Assembly (NCBI GenBank): GCA_013265495.1
Contig: MU058636.1
Span: forward strand, 8,453,425-8,517,424
Origin: Vicugna vicugna
Lineage: Eukaryota
Reading direction: 5' to 3'
DNA length: 64,000 nt
The number at the start of each line of letters is the position of its first letter. Position 1 is the stretch's first letter. Shown here piece by piece: positions 1 to 13,775 of this stretch. The notes below the pieces were generated by a model that saw nothing but the letters and a program-made list of their open reading frames with translations, ran no database searches and had not been told where the DNA came from. The position numbers and the translations under genes were made by a program.

Positions 1-659
1 AATCAAATGATAGAAACCTTTATCAGAGTCTGCAATTATTGGTGGTGATGACATGAATCAATGAAACAGCATGGACGCTCAGGGAAGACAGAACAGATGT
101 GAAAAGTTAGAGTAGGCATAGCTCCTTAAAATTCCTCTTCCTCTATTAATGGGAAATGCAGCAATTCGTATACATCTTTAATGAAAAGTGAACTTAATCT
201 TTTTTTTGTCACATAGATTACTCCTGGGGCTAATTTCTGGGTGCATTTCTATAGACTCACGTGGTGACTCTACATGACTGTTCTATAGAGGCAGAAAACG
301 AAGGGGAAAAATCGTTCTTTTTGTTTGTATTTATAAAGTGGTTCTCTGACAGTTTCTCTAATATGAGAGGAAATAATTACCATGATGGTAATTATATGTG
401 TAAGGGACAATAGCCTATTAATCATAATTTCCTCCTAATGTTATTTTTAGTACAGTACTGCTATGTAAAATGCAAACAATGTAACTCCAGCTAGTGGAAA
501 CATGGGGACTGGTGAAAAAGAAGGAACATCATGTCCCTCAGTTTACCATGACTGTCAGAACCAGCCCAAAAGTAGTTTTCTGAAAATCAGTTTGGGTTCT
601 CAGTGAAACTGAATATATTCTGCATTTCATTTCTCTTACTGTCAAAGACTGGGATAAAA

Positions 660-850
660 TCAGAAGAGTACAGGCTTTGGGATTAAAAATACCTTAGTGC
701 AAACCTCAGCTCCACTACCTTCTAGCTCAGCTCCACTACCTCAGCTCCACTACGTTCTGATGATTCAGAACGATCAGAAAAAGTCTATAGGCATCAGTTT
801 TGAATAAAATGGGAATGGAGTTTATCGCATCTAATTCTTGTGAAAATTAT
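660..850 (+). mobile_element. MIR-like SINE remnant with an internal triplication of CTCAGCTCCACTAC (705-718, 726-739, 740-753)
   Basis: Core resembles MIR (aagagtacaggctttgg...aaacctcagctccactac...taaaatgggaat); three exact 14-mer copies are visible. Confidence 0.5.
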
Positions 851-2080
851 GAGATAAGGTGTTTATCCCAAGAAGTATTCATTTTTCCTCCAGCTTCTTT
901 CTCTTCCCCTGTCTCCCTCCTCCTCCCCCCACCTTCTCCTGCTCCTCCTCCGTCTTCCTTCTTCCTCTCTTTGAAATGAGGCACACATGGTAAAATCCAT
1001 CTTCTTCCACAAACACAGCATTTGACACACAGCAAAGTATAAAAACCTTTCTCAGTCTCTTTTTCCTTCACCTACAAAACTAATTTATTAACAACTGTTA
1101 GGAGTTATATTAAATGAAATATGTGTGAAAGTCTCCTGATATGAGTAAGTTAAAAGATAGCTTTCTCTTCTTTCCTTCACGTCTTTGTTAAGTTTTCTTT
1201 AAAAACTGTGATCTTAGAAATCCATTGAGTTTGTATACATTCTACCGTATGTACTTCTTTGACTTATTGATAGAGGAAATCGAGGTGGTTAATGAACCTG
1301 GTATTATGAAGGGACATTTCAAACTTTGTTCAAAAATGTTTGTTAGGTATATGCTAATATCCTAAGCACTGGTCTAGGCACTAGACGTACGAGTGAACCC
1401 GATGGATAAAGCCCCTGTTTTATGGAGTGACGTTTTAGAGAGGAAGAGGCAGAAAATACACAGAGAAGCAACAAATAAGCAAGTTAGTGGCCAGGAAAAA
1501 GCTTAGATAGTCTAGTGACTTTTGAAACTATCGTGAAAATTGAGCGCTAGAAAATAACTTACTCAACTTCTTATAAAAATTAATGGATCCATTAACTCCT
1601 TTTGAATAAACATGTCATTGTCTTATACAATTTCTCTCTTTCTTTCTTTCCTGGTTCTAGCAACAGTTCTCATAGTACAACAATGCTGGTTTCAGTTGAT
1701 GCTTTCATTCAGCAAATGAATTAATCTCCTACTACTTACACCCCCTGGGTAGATTCTTAATCTCGAATTAAACAAATGACATCCTGCTCACCAGGATTAA
1801 GCTTCTCTCAGAAACACAATAAATCAAAGATGGGGCTGATTTTTCCCAGAAGGTATCGTGATGTAAGTGAAGTTTCTGCTCTCTTCCCAAATCCACCAGG
1901 AACCTGGAAAATCAATTATTTGAGGAAATCTTGCAACACACTGGAACTGCTCTGTTTCTATCCTTGTTAAATTGTTAACTTCCCTTCCTGTGTTTCTTCC
2001 CACTCACCTCTTCTCTCTCATGACCTCTTCCTCAAACTCTTTTATTTTAAATTCTGGAACAATGATTTCTTTACTTATTT

Positions 2081-2285
2081 TTTTTAACATTTTTTATTGA
2101 TTTATAATCATTTTACAATGTTGTGTCAAATTCCAGTGTTCAGCACAATTTTTCAGTCATTCATGGACATATACACACTCATTGTCACATTTTTTTCTCT
2201 GTGATTTATCATAACATTTTGTGTATATTTCCCTGTGCTATACAGTGTAATCTTGTTTATCTATTCTACAATTTTGAAAGACTGG
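2081..2285 (-). mobile_element. Young, 5'-truncated L1 3' end (camelid-type) with 17-bp target-site duplication (TSD)
   Basis: T-rich tail plus L1 3' UTR sequence; exact TSD gatttctttacttattt at 2064-2080 and 2286-2302. Confidence 0.85.
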
Positions 2286-4720
2286 GATTTCTTTACTTAT
2301 TTCATGGCAAATTAATGAGTTTTAAATAACCACCCATTACTTCGGAAATAATTTCCACTGATTTTCGCTTCCTAAATCCCTGGTTCTCACCCGAGAAAGC
2401 CACCTCCGGATGGAGCCCTGTCCTGTGGACGTGATTCATTCTCACATCCCAAGGATCTTGAGAGCAGGAAGTGGGGAGTCTGAATCTTTTTCAATTTTTA
2501 ATACACCTTTCAGAATATTGCTCTTCTACCCTGGGGATCTCATGTTAACTTGTTCTACCCACTCTATTCTTCATTCTTATTCCCAGATTCTATAGTTATG
2601 TTACTTGACCCCTTGAAACTCTTTCCCACTATCTTTCTGCCTATGGCCTTTAGATTGTTTTGTTATTTCTCTTCATTCTGTTCATCTGGCCAGAGAAGTG
2701 AGCGTGCTGCTTGAATTCTCCATCTTTCTCACCACCCACCTGGGTAGGTCTTTAAAAAGAGGGATAGGCATAGGTTTTGTTAGCATACACATTTTGTTTT
2801 ATTTCTGTAAATTTCAGAATCTGATCCAAGCCCAGGGAACGGACAGCATCTGTGATCCTTTTACTTTCTTTGTTTAATAACTTGGGTCTTCAGTGTAATG
2901 TGTAAAATGAGGTTTGGCAATGGTAATAATAATAACTATGGATACAGTGATGCAGACCAGCGTGCACCCTGGGAAAGGCCAGCTGGTTGTCCTCCAGGAG
3001 ATCTCTCAAGCTGGCCTCACTGTAATTAATTGGTCATAATTCAGTGTCTGGCTCTTTGCCTTCAGGCTCTGAAATCTAACTTTGTCAGCAACTCTGACGT
3101 GGCCCCATCTCTCACAGACTCGAGTTAATTAAGTTCAGGAGCTGGCTTTCTGTAATCAAGATGCCTACTTCTTTATTTCCATGGTTATAGCTGTCGCATA
3201 ATCTGGAACACAGGATTCAATGTTAATAGTGCATCTAAAGCTGTGATGGGGGTGGTGTCTGGGATTAGGAAGTAAAATCGGGGAGATGGTGTCAGAGGCG
3301 TGAAGCTAACTTACCTTAGTTCATTTACCGCCACCCTGAATCTGCCTTATCCATGGAAACGGAATGGTCCAAATCCATGAGCTAAGGTTCCTTATCTTCC
3401 AGGGCAGTATGTGAGCGGGACATGCCAAAATTGGCTGCTCTGACACGCCTTTTTCTTTTTTCTGTGGCATTTGTCCGGATCGTGACTGTCACACCCACTC
3501 AGACAGAGACTCTTGCTTTCGCTGCATTGATACATTGGATCCGGTTGTAATGAAGTCTTCTTAGCCGGTGCCTCATTCTGCTGCCTTAGGGTCATTTACA
3601 TTTACTTTTTCTTCTGTGCAAGTTATATGAGAGGAAACTATATACCACTTAATCCTAAATTCGTTAGGATTCCTTAGTGTGATCCTCATGTAATGAGAAG
3701 AAAATCATGCACACATACTTTTCTATGCTTGACAAAATGCTTCTCATTTCTTTTTTCCATTTTGTAAATCATACTGATAACTGAGCTCCTTGGACCAGAG
3801 TAAGTTGGTATTTTCTCATTTTACACATGAGTCAGGAAAGACATGAGGATAAAGCTGGAAATTGAGCTTCTTCCCTCCAAGCCCAAGAGCCAAAGCAGAG
3901 GATTCTGGCCAACAGATTTGAGGTGGGGGGTGGGGTAGGTTTTGGCTCTTTTATTCATTAGACATGATTATAACTAATTTCCTACTCAGTTTAATGTCAT
4001 GTGGGTATATATACATACAACGTACATATATGTACATGTGTCTTTTTCCTCTTTAAATTGTCCTGAATAGAGACAGAGGCAGAAAGAGCAAATGAAGGCC
4101 AACGGGGGAGGCACAGTCAGGAGCAGAGTGGAAGGTGCAGAGGTGTGCTTGCTGCCACCTTCCTTCTCACCTGTTCTTGTCGCCCCCAGTGGAACAGTAA
4201 CCATCAGATATCATGGACCTAGTTTTCTGATACAACCACCCATTTTTTTCTTTTCATCTCACTTTTCCAGTTAACCAGTTAGCTTGGTGATGGCCTCATC
4301 TAAGGAAGCAATAGAAGCACCAATGATCCCAAGTAGCTAGACGTTCTTCTTTTTGTCCTGTATAATAAGAGGAATGGAATATCTTGATTCTATAAACTGG
4401 TAAAATTTACAAGCATACTTTCCATACTAGACCAAAAAAAAAAAAACCCAAAAACACTTCTAGATACAGTAAAATTGCAAATATGAAAAATAGTAATAAT
4501 TTTAATCCACCTCTCTACTCCTCACTCCTCATTATCAGTTAGATTATGATCTATTCATAAATTGTCTCCTATAATGGCTACATAGTGTCTGTTAGCATCA
4601 ACAAACTACAATGTATACACACATACAAACCCAGTGCAGTTTGAAACTTCCTTTTTAAGAAGGAACAATGGGAAGTTTGTGTTTACCTTATTGCATGGTG
4701 AGATGGATAATCATGGAAGG

Positions 4721-4909
4721 TTTTTTTGTTTGTTTGTTTTAATTTTTTGTTTCTGTTTTTTGGGAGGTATTTGAGAAATAAACCTAAATTATTGGGTTTA
4801 TTGATTCATTTATTATTAATATTATTTTAAATGGAGCTACTGGGGATTGAACCCAGGCAGGACCTCATGCATGCTAACACTACACTCTACCACTGAGCTA
4901 TGACCCTCC
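4721..4909 (-). mobile_element. tRNA-derived camelid-type SINE
   Basis: ctggggattgaacccagg...catgcatgct...ctctaccactgagctat, the reverse complement of a tRNA-like A/B-box head, with a T-rich tail. Confidence 0.8.
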
Positions 4910-5335
4910 TGCCTTATGTTAGGTTAAGGTGTAAGTACAAACACATTAACACATGTAACTCCACTGAAATTTAAAGTGACAGAAGTTATATAGATACTAC
5001 ATAAGGTAATTCAAAGGAGCCATGAGGTAGAATTCTGAATAAGAATGAAGAATTCTATGCTTAAATACATAATACATTTTATTCTTGGCTTTTGCATGTA
5101 CCATCTTCAAAAACAATTGAGCACTTAAATGGCTTTATCAGTTGAAGAGATTGGGTCCTCAGAGATTGCATCATTATTTAGCTAAAGTTTCTGAGGTAAC
5201 AGGAGACAGAAATTTCACTTTACTCAGTTTTTAATTGATGAAATTATAACATTGGTGAACTTCTTTTTATATATTTGTGTATCTGTAATTTCTGATTTTT
5301 GAGAATCTTAGAAGATAATTATAATTCTTGTTCAT

Positions 5336-7083
5336 AATAACATCATGAAGAGTAAAATACCTAGGATTAAATTGGACAAAAGAAATACAAAACTTATATT
5401 CTGAAGGTTACAAAACATTGTTGAAAGAAATTTTTTTAAAAATCTAAAAAAGGGGAAAACATCCCCTATACATGGATTCGAAGATATAACATCCTTAAAA
5501 TGATAATAGTCCCTAAACTGACTTACAGGTTCAGTGACATCTCTATCAGAATTTCAACTCATTTCTTTTGTAGAAATTGAAAAGTTGATTCTAAAATTCA
5601 TATGGATTTGTAAGAGACCCAGAATAGCCGAAACGATGCTGAAAAAAAAAATAATCAAGTGAGATAACTCACCCTTCTTGATTTGAAAACTGCTACAAAG
5701 CAACAATAATCAAAACAGTGTGCTAACAAGACATGGATAAAATATATCTCAATGAAATAGAGTTGAGAGTTAAGAAATAAGTCTGTACATACATTTAAGG
5801 TCAACTGATTTTTGACCAGGGTAAATGACTTTATGATGGAGGAGGAATTCAACAAACCATGCAGAAGCAACTGGTTAGCCTCAATAAAAGAATAAAGTTG
5901 GAACCTTATCTCACTGCATATTCAAAAATTAACTCAAAATGGATCAAGGACCTAAATGTGAGAGCTAAAACTATAAAAATTTAAAAGTAAATATTTGACT
6001 AAATATTCATGACATTATGTAAAGATTCTTAAATCTAATGTCAAAAGCATAAGCAACAGAAGAAAAATAGATAAATTGGACTTTGTCAAAATTAAAAATA
6101 TTTGCCCTTCACAAGACACCATCAGTAAAGTGAAAATATGACCCACAGAGAGGGTGAAGATATTTGCAAGACATATATATGATATGGAATTTGAATGTAC
6201 AATTTATAAAGAATTCTTAAATTCAGTAGTAGAAGACAAACAACCCAATTAAGAATGGGCAAAGGATCTGAAGAGACATGTCTCCAAGGAAGTTATACAA
6301 ATGCCAATAAGCACGTGAAAAGATGCTCAACACCATTAGCCATCAGGGAAATGCAAATCAAAGCCACATAAGATACTACTTCACACCTCATAGGAAGGCT
6401 GGAATAAAAACTCAGGAGAAAGAATGTTGATGAGGAAGTGGAGAAATCAGAATTCTCATGCACTGTTGGCGGGAATTTTAAATGTAAAGTGGTGCAGCCA
6501 CTATCAAAAACAGTCTGGCTGTTCCTCAAAGAATTGTATGCAAAGTTACCACATGACCTAGGAATTCAACTTCTAGATATTTACTCAAAAGAAGTGAAAA
6601 CATATGTCCATACAAAAGTTTATAGCCACATTATTTATAGCCAAAAGGTGGAAACAACACAGATATCCATCAACAGACAAAAGGATAAAGACAAAATGTG
6701 TATAAACAATGGAATGTTACTTGGCCAGACAAAGAAATGAAGTTCTGATACAGGTTACAACACAGATGAATCTTGAAAACGTTGTGTCAGCTGAAAGAAG
6801 GCAGTCACAAAATATCAAATATGTGATCAAATTCTTATGAAATTCCAGACTAGGAAATCTACAGTGACAGGAAGGAAACTAGTGGTTGCTTAGGGCGGGG
6901 TGGGAGGATAGGATGGTGATGGCCATAGGACACAGGGGTTCTTTTTAAGGTGATAAAAATGTTCTAAAATTGACTGCGGTGATGATTGCAACCTGTGAAT
7001 ATACTAAAAACCATTGAGTTTCACAGTTTAAAAGAATGAATTGTATAGTACGCGGATTATATCTCAGTACAACTATTGAAAAA
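5336..7083 (+). mobile_element. Old L1 (L1MB-like): decayed ORF2 3' part and 3' UTR
   Basis: Recognisable L1 ORF2 segments (aattaactcaaaatggatcaaggacctaaatgtgagagctaaaactataaaa; agatgctcaacaccattagccatcagggaaatgcaaatcaaa); possible decayed TSD aagataatta at about 5312 and 7082. Confidence 0.85.
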
Positions 7084-9129
7084 GATAATTACTCTTCAGA
7101 TGATTAAAAATGGCCTGAAAATTTAATATGATTGAATATAAAACATAGTCAGCTTTTTAAAAGATAAAATATAAAACTAATTAGAATTGCACTGACTTGT
7201 TTTGCTTTAGAAAAACTGAGAAAAAAGTACCCATTTATCATCTGCAGATTGGAGATTAGGCTATTTAAAGCCACGAAGCAAAATCTTTAAAAAAAAAAAA
7301 TCCTCTTTCTCAGAATTGAAAGGACTCACTTCTCTTTAATTTTGTAGTGCAACTGTGATGATTTCCACATCCCTTTCCATTTCTGCTTCAAGAGAAGTTT
7401 GTCATGACAAACTCCTACATGAAATTCTTTAATGACTTTCAATTGTGCCCAGGATGAAAACCAACTTCTGAATAACTATTACTCATCTTTGGAAACTGAC
7501 GTAGACAACACTTGTTCTCCGTACCCGTACTGGGTTAGGTGCCCTCTTACAGGCTCCCCAGGGACCTCGTGGTCATCAGACTGAATTGTGATTTCCAGAA
7601 GATTCACCTTTTGTTAGTTCAGTGACTTTTTGGTTGATTATTTTTTTCCTCAGCATGCATTGGAATGCTTTCACAAAACGCATGCTTAATCAATGTTTGT
7701 GAATGAAGGAAAAATTGTTGCAAAAGGCAATTTATGAGGTGACTGGGTAAAAATATGAAGATGCTAATTGATTAGCGTACTACCAATTAAATTTTTTTTG
7801 CATGAAAAAAACTGTTTTCTGTATTTCTTACTACATTTCTACCACAAAGAAGATGAAAATACAGACCTCATTTAACAATATTGTTTCTTTTCACATGGCT
7901 TGATGGATGATGAAGAAAAAGAAGTTCAATCTATAAACCTTGACTGCCAGGCACCAGCTGTATGGGGAACAATGCAATTTCTAATCTCTTATAATGTGAA
8001 ACGTGAGTGAGATTTTCCAGACTTGACTTTGTGAGTTCCTCTACAAAGTATATCTTATCTTTCTACCCCTGTTGTCGACCACAGGGCTGACTCTCTAACG
8101 GAGGGTGGTGGATAAGAAATGAAAGAAAGTAAAAGCAAAATTAAAGCTCTACATCACCTTGTGAATTGAGTGCCAGTTTCCAACTTTGTGCTTTGCAAAG
8201 TGGCCACTTTGCATTTTATTAGAGCAGAATTCCAATTATTTCCATCACTTAAGCAATTTGATTTCTTGCCATATTTCCATTACAGAATCAAAATCTTGGG
8301 ATATTATATAGCATAATGATTTAGCCAAAATTCTAGTGTATATTTTTTTTATCGGTATTAGTGACGCTTTTTCTAATGCAAGCCTGGGAAATGCCTTTAA
8401 TTACCATGGGAATGTTACACCACACTGTTTATCATCCAGTCATTATTTTTTGTGTGCACTAAATCGCTTTGTTTAATGGGTCATATATATTCTCATGTAC
8501 TTGTAATTTTGTTATCCTCATGTTATAAGTTTATGTTAATGAATTACATTACTTTTATACCCAAATTATTCTTTTTTGGTGATGCACTATTAAAGCCAGA
8601 AAGAAGCCTTTTAAACAAACGATTGGTAAGTTTAATGGTATATAACATACTAGCTTCAAATTTAGTGACTAATCTTCAGAAAATGAGGCTCAGATCCTAT
8701 TTCAACAATCCCAGCCTTTTTCAAACAGCAACTGGATTTTGTGAAGAAGGTGCATATGAACATTTTTTGTGTTTCTGGTTTTCAGTCATTTCACAGCAGT
8801 TTTTCTCATTCTTTGTGGCTTCTCCACCTGATTCAGGAAGTTGAGAGGAGTGTAATGAAATTGAAATATTATTTGAGGATTTTTTTTTCAAACTTCAGAA
8901 TAATTTGGCTATAATTTCTGGAGAACTAAATCGATTATGTCATAAAAATGATTTACTAAACTTTCTTTCTGTCACCCCAGTTTCACTACTACCTTCATGT
9001 TTACCTGTCATCAACCCTTCTCATCATTTCTTCTCTACGTACATGATCTCACTCATCAAGGACTTTTTTTCCTGTGCATCTGAATATATGCTAAAGTACA
9101 TGGAAAAAAAGAAATATGAAAATAACATT

Positions 9130-10462
9130 GTTAAATTACTGTTAAATATTAAACATAATGTAAAATATAATAGTATACAGATTTTAGAAAAAAATAACTG
9201 AAGACCTTCATGATCTAGGCCGAGACAGGGGCTTCTTAGAACTGCCATAAAACATATGGCTGAAAAAATTGAACTTCACTGAATTTAAAAATTTTGCTCT
9301 GCAAAAGACCCTGTTAAGAGGGTGAAAAGATGAGTTACAGGTTGGGAGAAGATATTTGTAACACACGTATCTAACAAAAGACTGGGATCTAGAATATGAA
9401 AAGAGCTCTCAAAAGACTCAACATGTTAAAAAAAAAATTATAATCTAATTAGAAAATGTGCAAAAGACATGAACAGAAATTTCACCAGGATGATATACAG
9501 ATGGCAGATAAGCACAGGAAAAGTTGTTCAACACCATTAGCCGTCAAGGAAATACAAATTAAAATCACAACAAAATATTAACACAACTATCAGAATGCAT
9601 GAAATAGAAATTTGTGATGACACCAAATGCTGGCAAAAATGCAGAGAAGTTGACTCACTCATACGTAGCTGGTGGTATGTAAAGTGTGTGGCCACACTGG
9701 GATACAGGTTGGCTGCTTCTTATAAAACTAAGCATGCAGCTGCCATACTACACAGCAGTCCCAGTCCTGGTCACATCAAATCCTATTCATGAATTTTCAC
9801 TGCATCTCTATTTGTAACAGACAAAAACCGGAAACAGCCCAGATGTCCTTCAGTGGGTGAAATGCTAACCAAATCGTGGTGCACCCATATCACGGAATAA
9901 GATTCAGCAAAAAGGAGCACACTACTAATACTTGTAACAACTTGGGTGAATCTTCAGAGAATTAATGTGGCATGAAAGCCACTCATGAGTGTCCCTGTGT
10001 CCACTCATGTCCCCAGTGATTACATATGGTATGATTCTGCACTTGTACGACAATCTTGAAGTGACATAATTACAAAAATGGAGAATAAATTATATTCTCA
10101 GGGGTTTATAATTAAGGGAGAGGGGCTAGGAAACGGATGTGGTTTAAAAAAGGCAATACTAGGTATCCTTGTATGGATGGAAGTGTTCTGTATCTTGACT
10201 ATGGTTGTAGATACACAAACCTATACATGTGGTAAAATTGCACATAACTAAATATACACACAAGCCCACCTACACGAGTACAAGTAAAACTGCAGGAATC
10301 TGAATAAGAATGGTGGATTATATCTATATCAATATTGCATAATATTGTACTATAGTTTTGAAAAATGTTTCTCTTGGGGGAAAAATGAGTAAATAGTACA
10401 TGAAATATCTCTGTATTATATCTTACAATTGCATATGGCTCTATAATGATCTCAAAATTTTT
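9130..10462 (+). mobile_element. Old L1 (L1MC/L1MD-like): ORF2 end and 3' UTR
   Basis: gggagaagatatttgtaacacacgtatctaacaaaagactggga; cagcccagatgtccttcagtgggtgaa; L1MC-type 3' UTR. Confidence 0.8.
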
Positions 10463-11780
10463 TTTAGGGTGTAATGAAAAACAAAACAGAAGAGATAACT
10501 GTTCACTGAATATTTCATGGTATCTTAATTTTTTCCCCACATTTCCACTTTAGTATTTATTTGGTACTTGTAACTTTAGAAGGATGATTTAGCACAGTTT
10601 AGTATCATTTAGAGATACATGGGACATTCTCATCCAGAAATTTCAGGCATCAGCAGACGACACCTAAATGAGTGAAATACCCAGTTTGTGGTCGCTCCGC
10701 AGAAGCTATGGAAAAAAATACCAGCATCCTGTCTTCTTCTAGACCACAGGGCATGTTGCATCGTGAATGCTGAAGCAACACAGTTAGTTATTTCCTGGGC
10801 GTAAATTAAACCTAAGTACGTTGATGGTCTGAAAGGAAGTCGGTGCAGAAAACTCTTACTCCCAGAGTGGGGAAGTCTGGGTCATTATGTGCAGGCTCAG
10901 GAAAATATGGTCTTTAAGAAAGAAGATGTTTGGTAAAACATTTAGACCTAAAGGAAACCATAAAAAGGATAGATCAGAATTAATTAAAACCCTGTCTTAA
11001 AGAAAAAAAAAATAAGTAATAAATGTTTAGTCCAATAATGAGCCAAGCCTGGAAGAATGGTATTTGCAAATGTTGGGGAGAGAGATATATTAATTCTTAA
11101 ACAGCAAAAAGAAGTACAGTGTGACTGAAGTTCAGTGTGTACGAAAGAATGATGCTGAGAAATTATGCTGGTACCATCACGTGGGGCCACTTTATGAAGG
11201 TCCTGCTGTGGAATCTGCACTTAAATACAAGGCAAATTGAAAGCTCTAGGAGACTGCAAATAGAGGAGAGAAGTGAATGTATTTGCCTTTCAAAACACCT
11301 CGGTGTAGTCTCTCAAGTGCTCCTCAAAACCTGTTGTTTGGCCCAGTAAGTAACTCTTCCACAGAGCTTTTAGAATAACCTATGGATGTATTTCAAAAGG
11401 TAAAACAGCTAGTGCAGAACTTTCTTTGAATGGATTCAAAAGTCTCCGCTCTATTAAATGGCGCTAAGAAAGGCTTCCATGATATCCCGTTTGATGGAAA
11501 ACAAGTCCCTAAGTTGTAGGTATAATATAATCCCATTCCTGATAAAAACAATAAAAAAAAACCCATTACCTATACATATTTATGTAATAATATATTTACG
11601 AAGGCAAAGGAAATGTATGAAAAACAGCAAATGATCAGCAGTGATTCCACTGGGAATTTGGGAATCCTGGAGAGATGACATTTCAGTCCAGCCACATCAG
11701 TGTTTTCTGAGTAGTTGCATACATCAGCTCTAACCTAAGAAATTCGAATGAGGGAAATGCTTGAATTGAGTGAAACAAAT

Positions 11781-11970
11781 AGCACCACTGTCCAAGAGGA
11801 ATGTCCTGCAAGTCACAAACGCGGGCCACATGTGTCTATTTAAGTCTTCTAGTAGCTCCATTAAAAATTAAAAGAAACTTGGAGCTACTTTAATTAGTAT
11901 ATTTTAACCCAGTGCATCCAAAATATTATCATTTCAACATGTAACCAATATAAATATTAATAAGCTATTT
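11781..11970. mobile_element. hAT-Charlie DNA transposon remnant (MER33/MER3-like)
   Basis: cactgtccaa...tagtagctccattaaaaa...aaaatattatcatttcaacatgtaaccaatataaa matches the MER33 pattern as recalled. Confidence 0.65.
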
Positions 11971-12831
11971 TAGTGGAAGCTGATGGTTTTGCTACTGGTG
12001 AATTTCACTGGCGGTGAAGACACAGCTCCACGGTGCATCAGCTCAAGGACAGCATGGCCACAGCCAGCCCTGGTCCCATGGCCTCAGTGTTGGTTTAACT
12101 TCCTAGTTTCCAGCTCTATCATTTTGCAGTTAAAAAGCTTTAATGTTAGTTAATATGGTTTATTATTACCCATGTGCATATAGAATTATCACGAAACCTA
12201 CAGGTTGAAGTGAAAATAATGAACAGTGTATTTTTAGAAAACAGTAGGAAATCAGCTTAAAAAAAATCTGTGAACACAAGTTTGTAGAGAAAAAAAGATA
12301 ATATGATATTAGTTCTAAATTTTAGCTGTGGAAAATTTTAACAACTATGAATATTTTCTAGTGAAAGAGACAGCAAAGAAGACAAAATTCCACAAAAATA
12401 AGAATTCATTGGCCAAGACTTTTATGACCTTGTGTCTTGTCAGAATATCTAGATAAAGAGATTTTTTTTCTTTAAGCTCCAACTCAACTACTGAGTAGTT
12501 GGGTAGATATGGAAATTGTCATAAATGCCCTGAGCCTTAGTTTCTCCAGTTACATATGGAGAAATAATATTTAATATGGTTTTTTAAATTTTGAAAAATC
12601 ATGTGATAGCACTATATAAACAAAATACATTGTAATATATTGTGAAATAATTAGAATAATATTTTTGAGGTTAAATTTAAGAAGACTGCCAGGTATATTA
12701 AATTTCTAAATTCTATGGTTACTGAGAGTTCTGAATTTTGGAGAATAAAAAACCAGAAGAAAAAAAAATACAGCTAAACTGAAGAAATAATTTTCAAAAT
12801 GGTGAAATATATTCATAAATTTGGCTTTTTC

Positions 12832-13064
12832 AAATTTGAATTTGGGAATAACATATACACACTACTATATATAAAAGAGATAAACAACAAGGACCTACTA
12901 TATAGCAGAGGGAACTATATTTAATATCTTGTAATAACCTGTAATGGAAAAGAACCTGAAAAAGAATATATGTATATATTCTTATACACATGTATAACTG
13001 AATCACTTTGCTGTACGTCTGAAACTAACACAACATTGTAAATCAGCTGTCCGTCAATAAAAAA
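12832..13064 (+). mobile_element. L1 3' end (cetartiodactyl-type)
   Basis: ataaacaacaaggacctactatatagcagagggaactatatttaatatcttgtaataacct...gaaactaacacaacattgtaaatca...aataaaaaa. Confidence 0.85.
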
Positions 13065-13765
13065 GGTTTTTAAATCTGAGTCATTGTAAACATTTTTATA
13101 GAGACACATGGATGGTTTTTGCTAGGCTGATTTTTAGGGATACTACTTAAGCTGTTTAAATCGGCAGATGTCTAAACTGTAGAAGGTTCTGCTACAAACG
13201 CAATGCACAAATAACTAAGAATGAATGGATTTCAAGGCTCGATGTCTGCTCTTCAACAGAAAGACATGGGACTGGACAATCATTCACTCAAGTAAATGGC
13301 AAAATTACTAAGGATTGTTGAACAGTGGGAGGGTGCATTTTTATACCACTGGTCACCTATATTCCTCCCCCATTGGCTGGAAAGCCTGGGAAATTGGCTG
13401 CTTCTTTGAAAATAATAAGTTTACCACCCTTAAATCTTCATCAAATTTTTCTTTCTATTCCAACAGTTACCCGAGAAATTTCATTGTTTGGGTTTGTGTG
13501 CTTAATTACTAAAGTACATCAAGTTGCTATCCAGGTCAAGGCAAGAAAGTGAGTATACTTTTGCAGTATTTTAATTGACAGCCTGTAAATAAAATACCTA
13601 ATTTAAGAAATTTTGATATACAAATATCCGACTTACCTAACAGTTACATTCTGAGGATGATTATCACTTTGAAAAATATTTCATCATTTTACAAAATAAT
13701 TCACCACCATTCTTTTTTTTTTTTTTTTTTTGACATAGCCAGTTCCCTACTGGAGTTAATACAGA

Positions 13766-13775
13766 TTTATTTACA
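13766..13775 (-). terminator. Candidate distal polyadenylation signal (TGTAAATAAA) of a long TRPC4 3' UTR
   Basis: AATAAA at 13771-13766 overlaps TGTAAATA, in largely repeat-poor UTR-like sequence; actual use not shown. Confidence 0.35.

Noticed and set aside
705..753. Three copies of CTCAGCTCCACTAC
   Set aside because: Local slippage within a MIR; no regular unique spacers, so not CRISPR-like, and the DNA is mammalian.
847..1071. 74-aa Glu/Gly/Lys-rich ORF
   Set aside because: Produced by a low-complexity CT-rich tract (about 880-970).
6438..6740. 100-aa ORF
   Set aside because: Decayed L1 ORF2 sequence.
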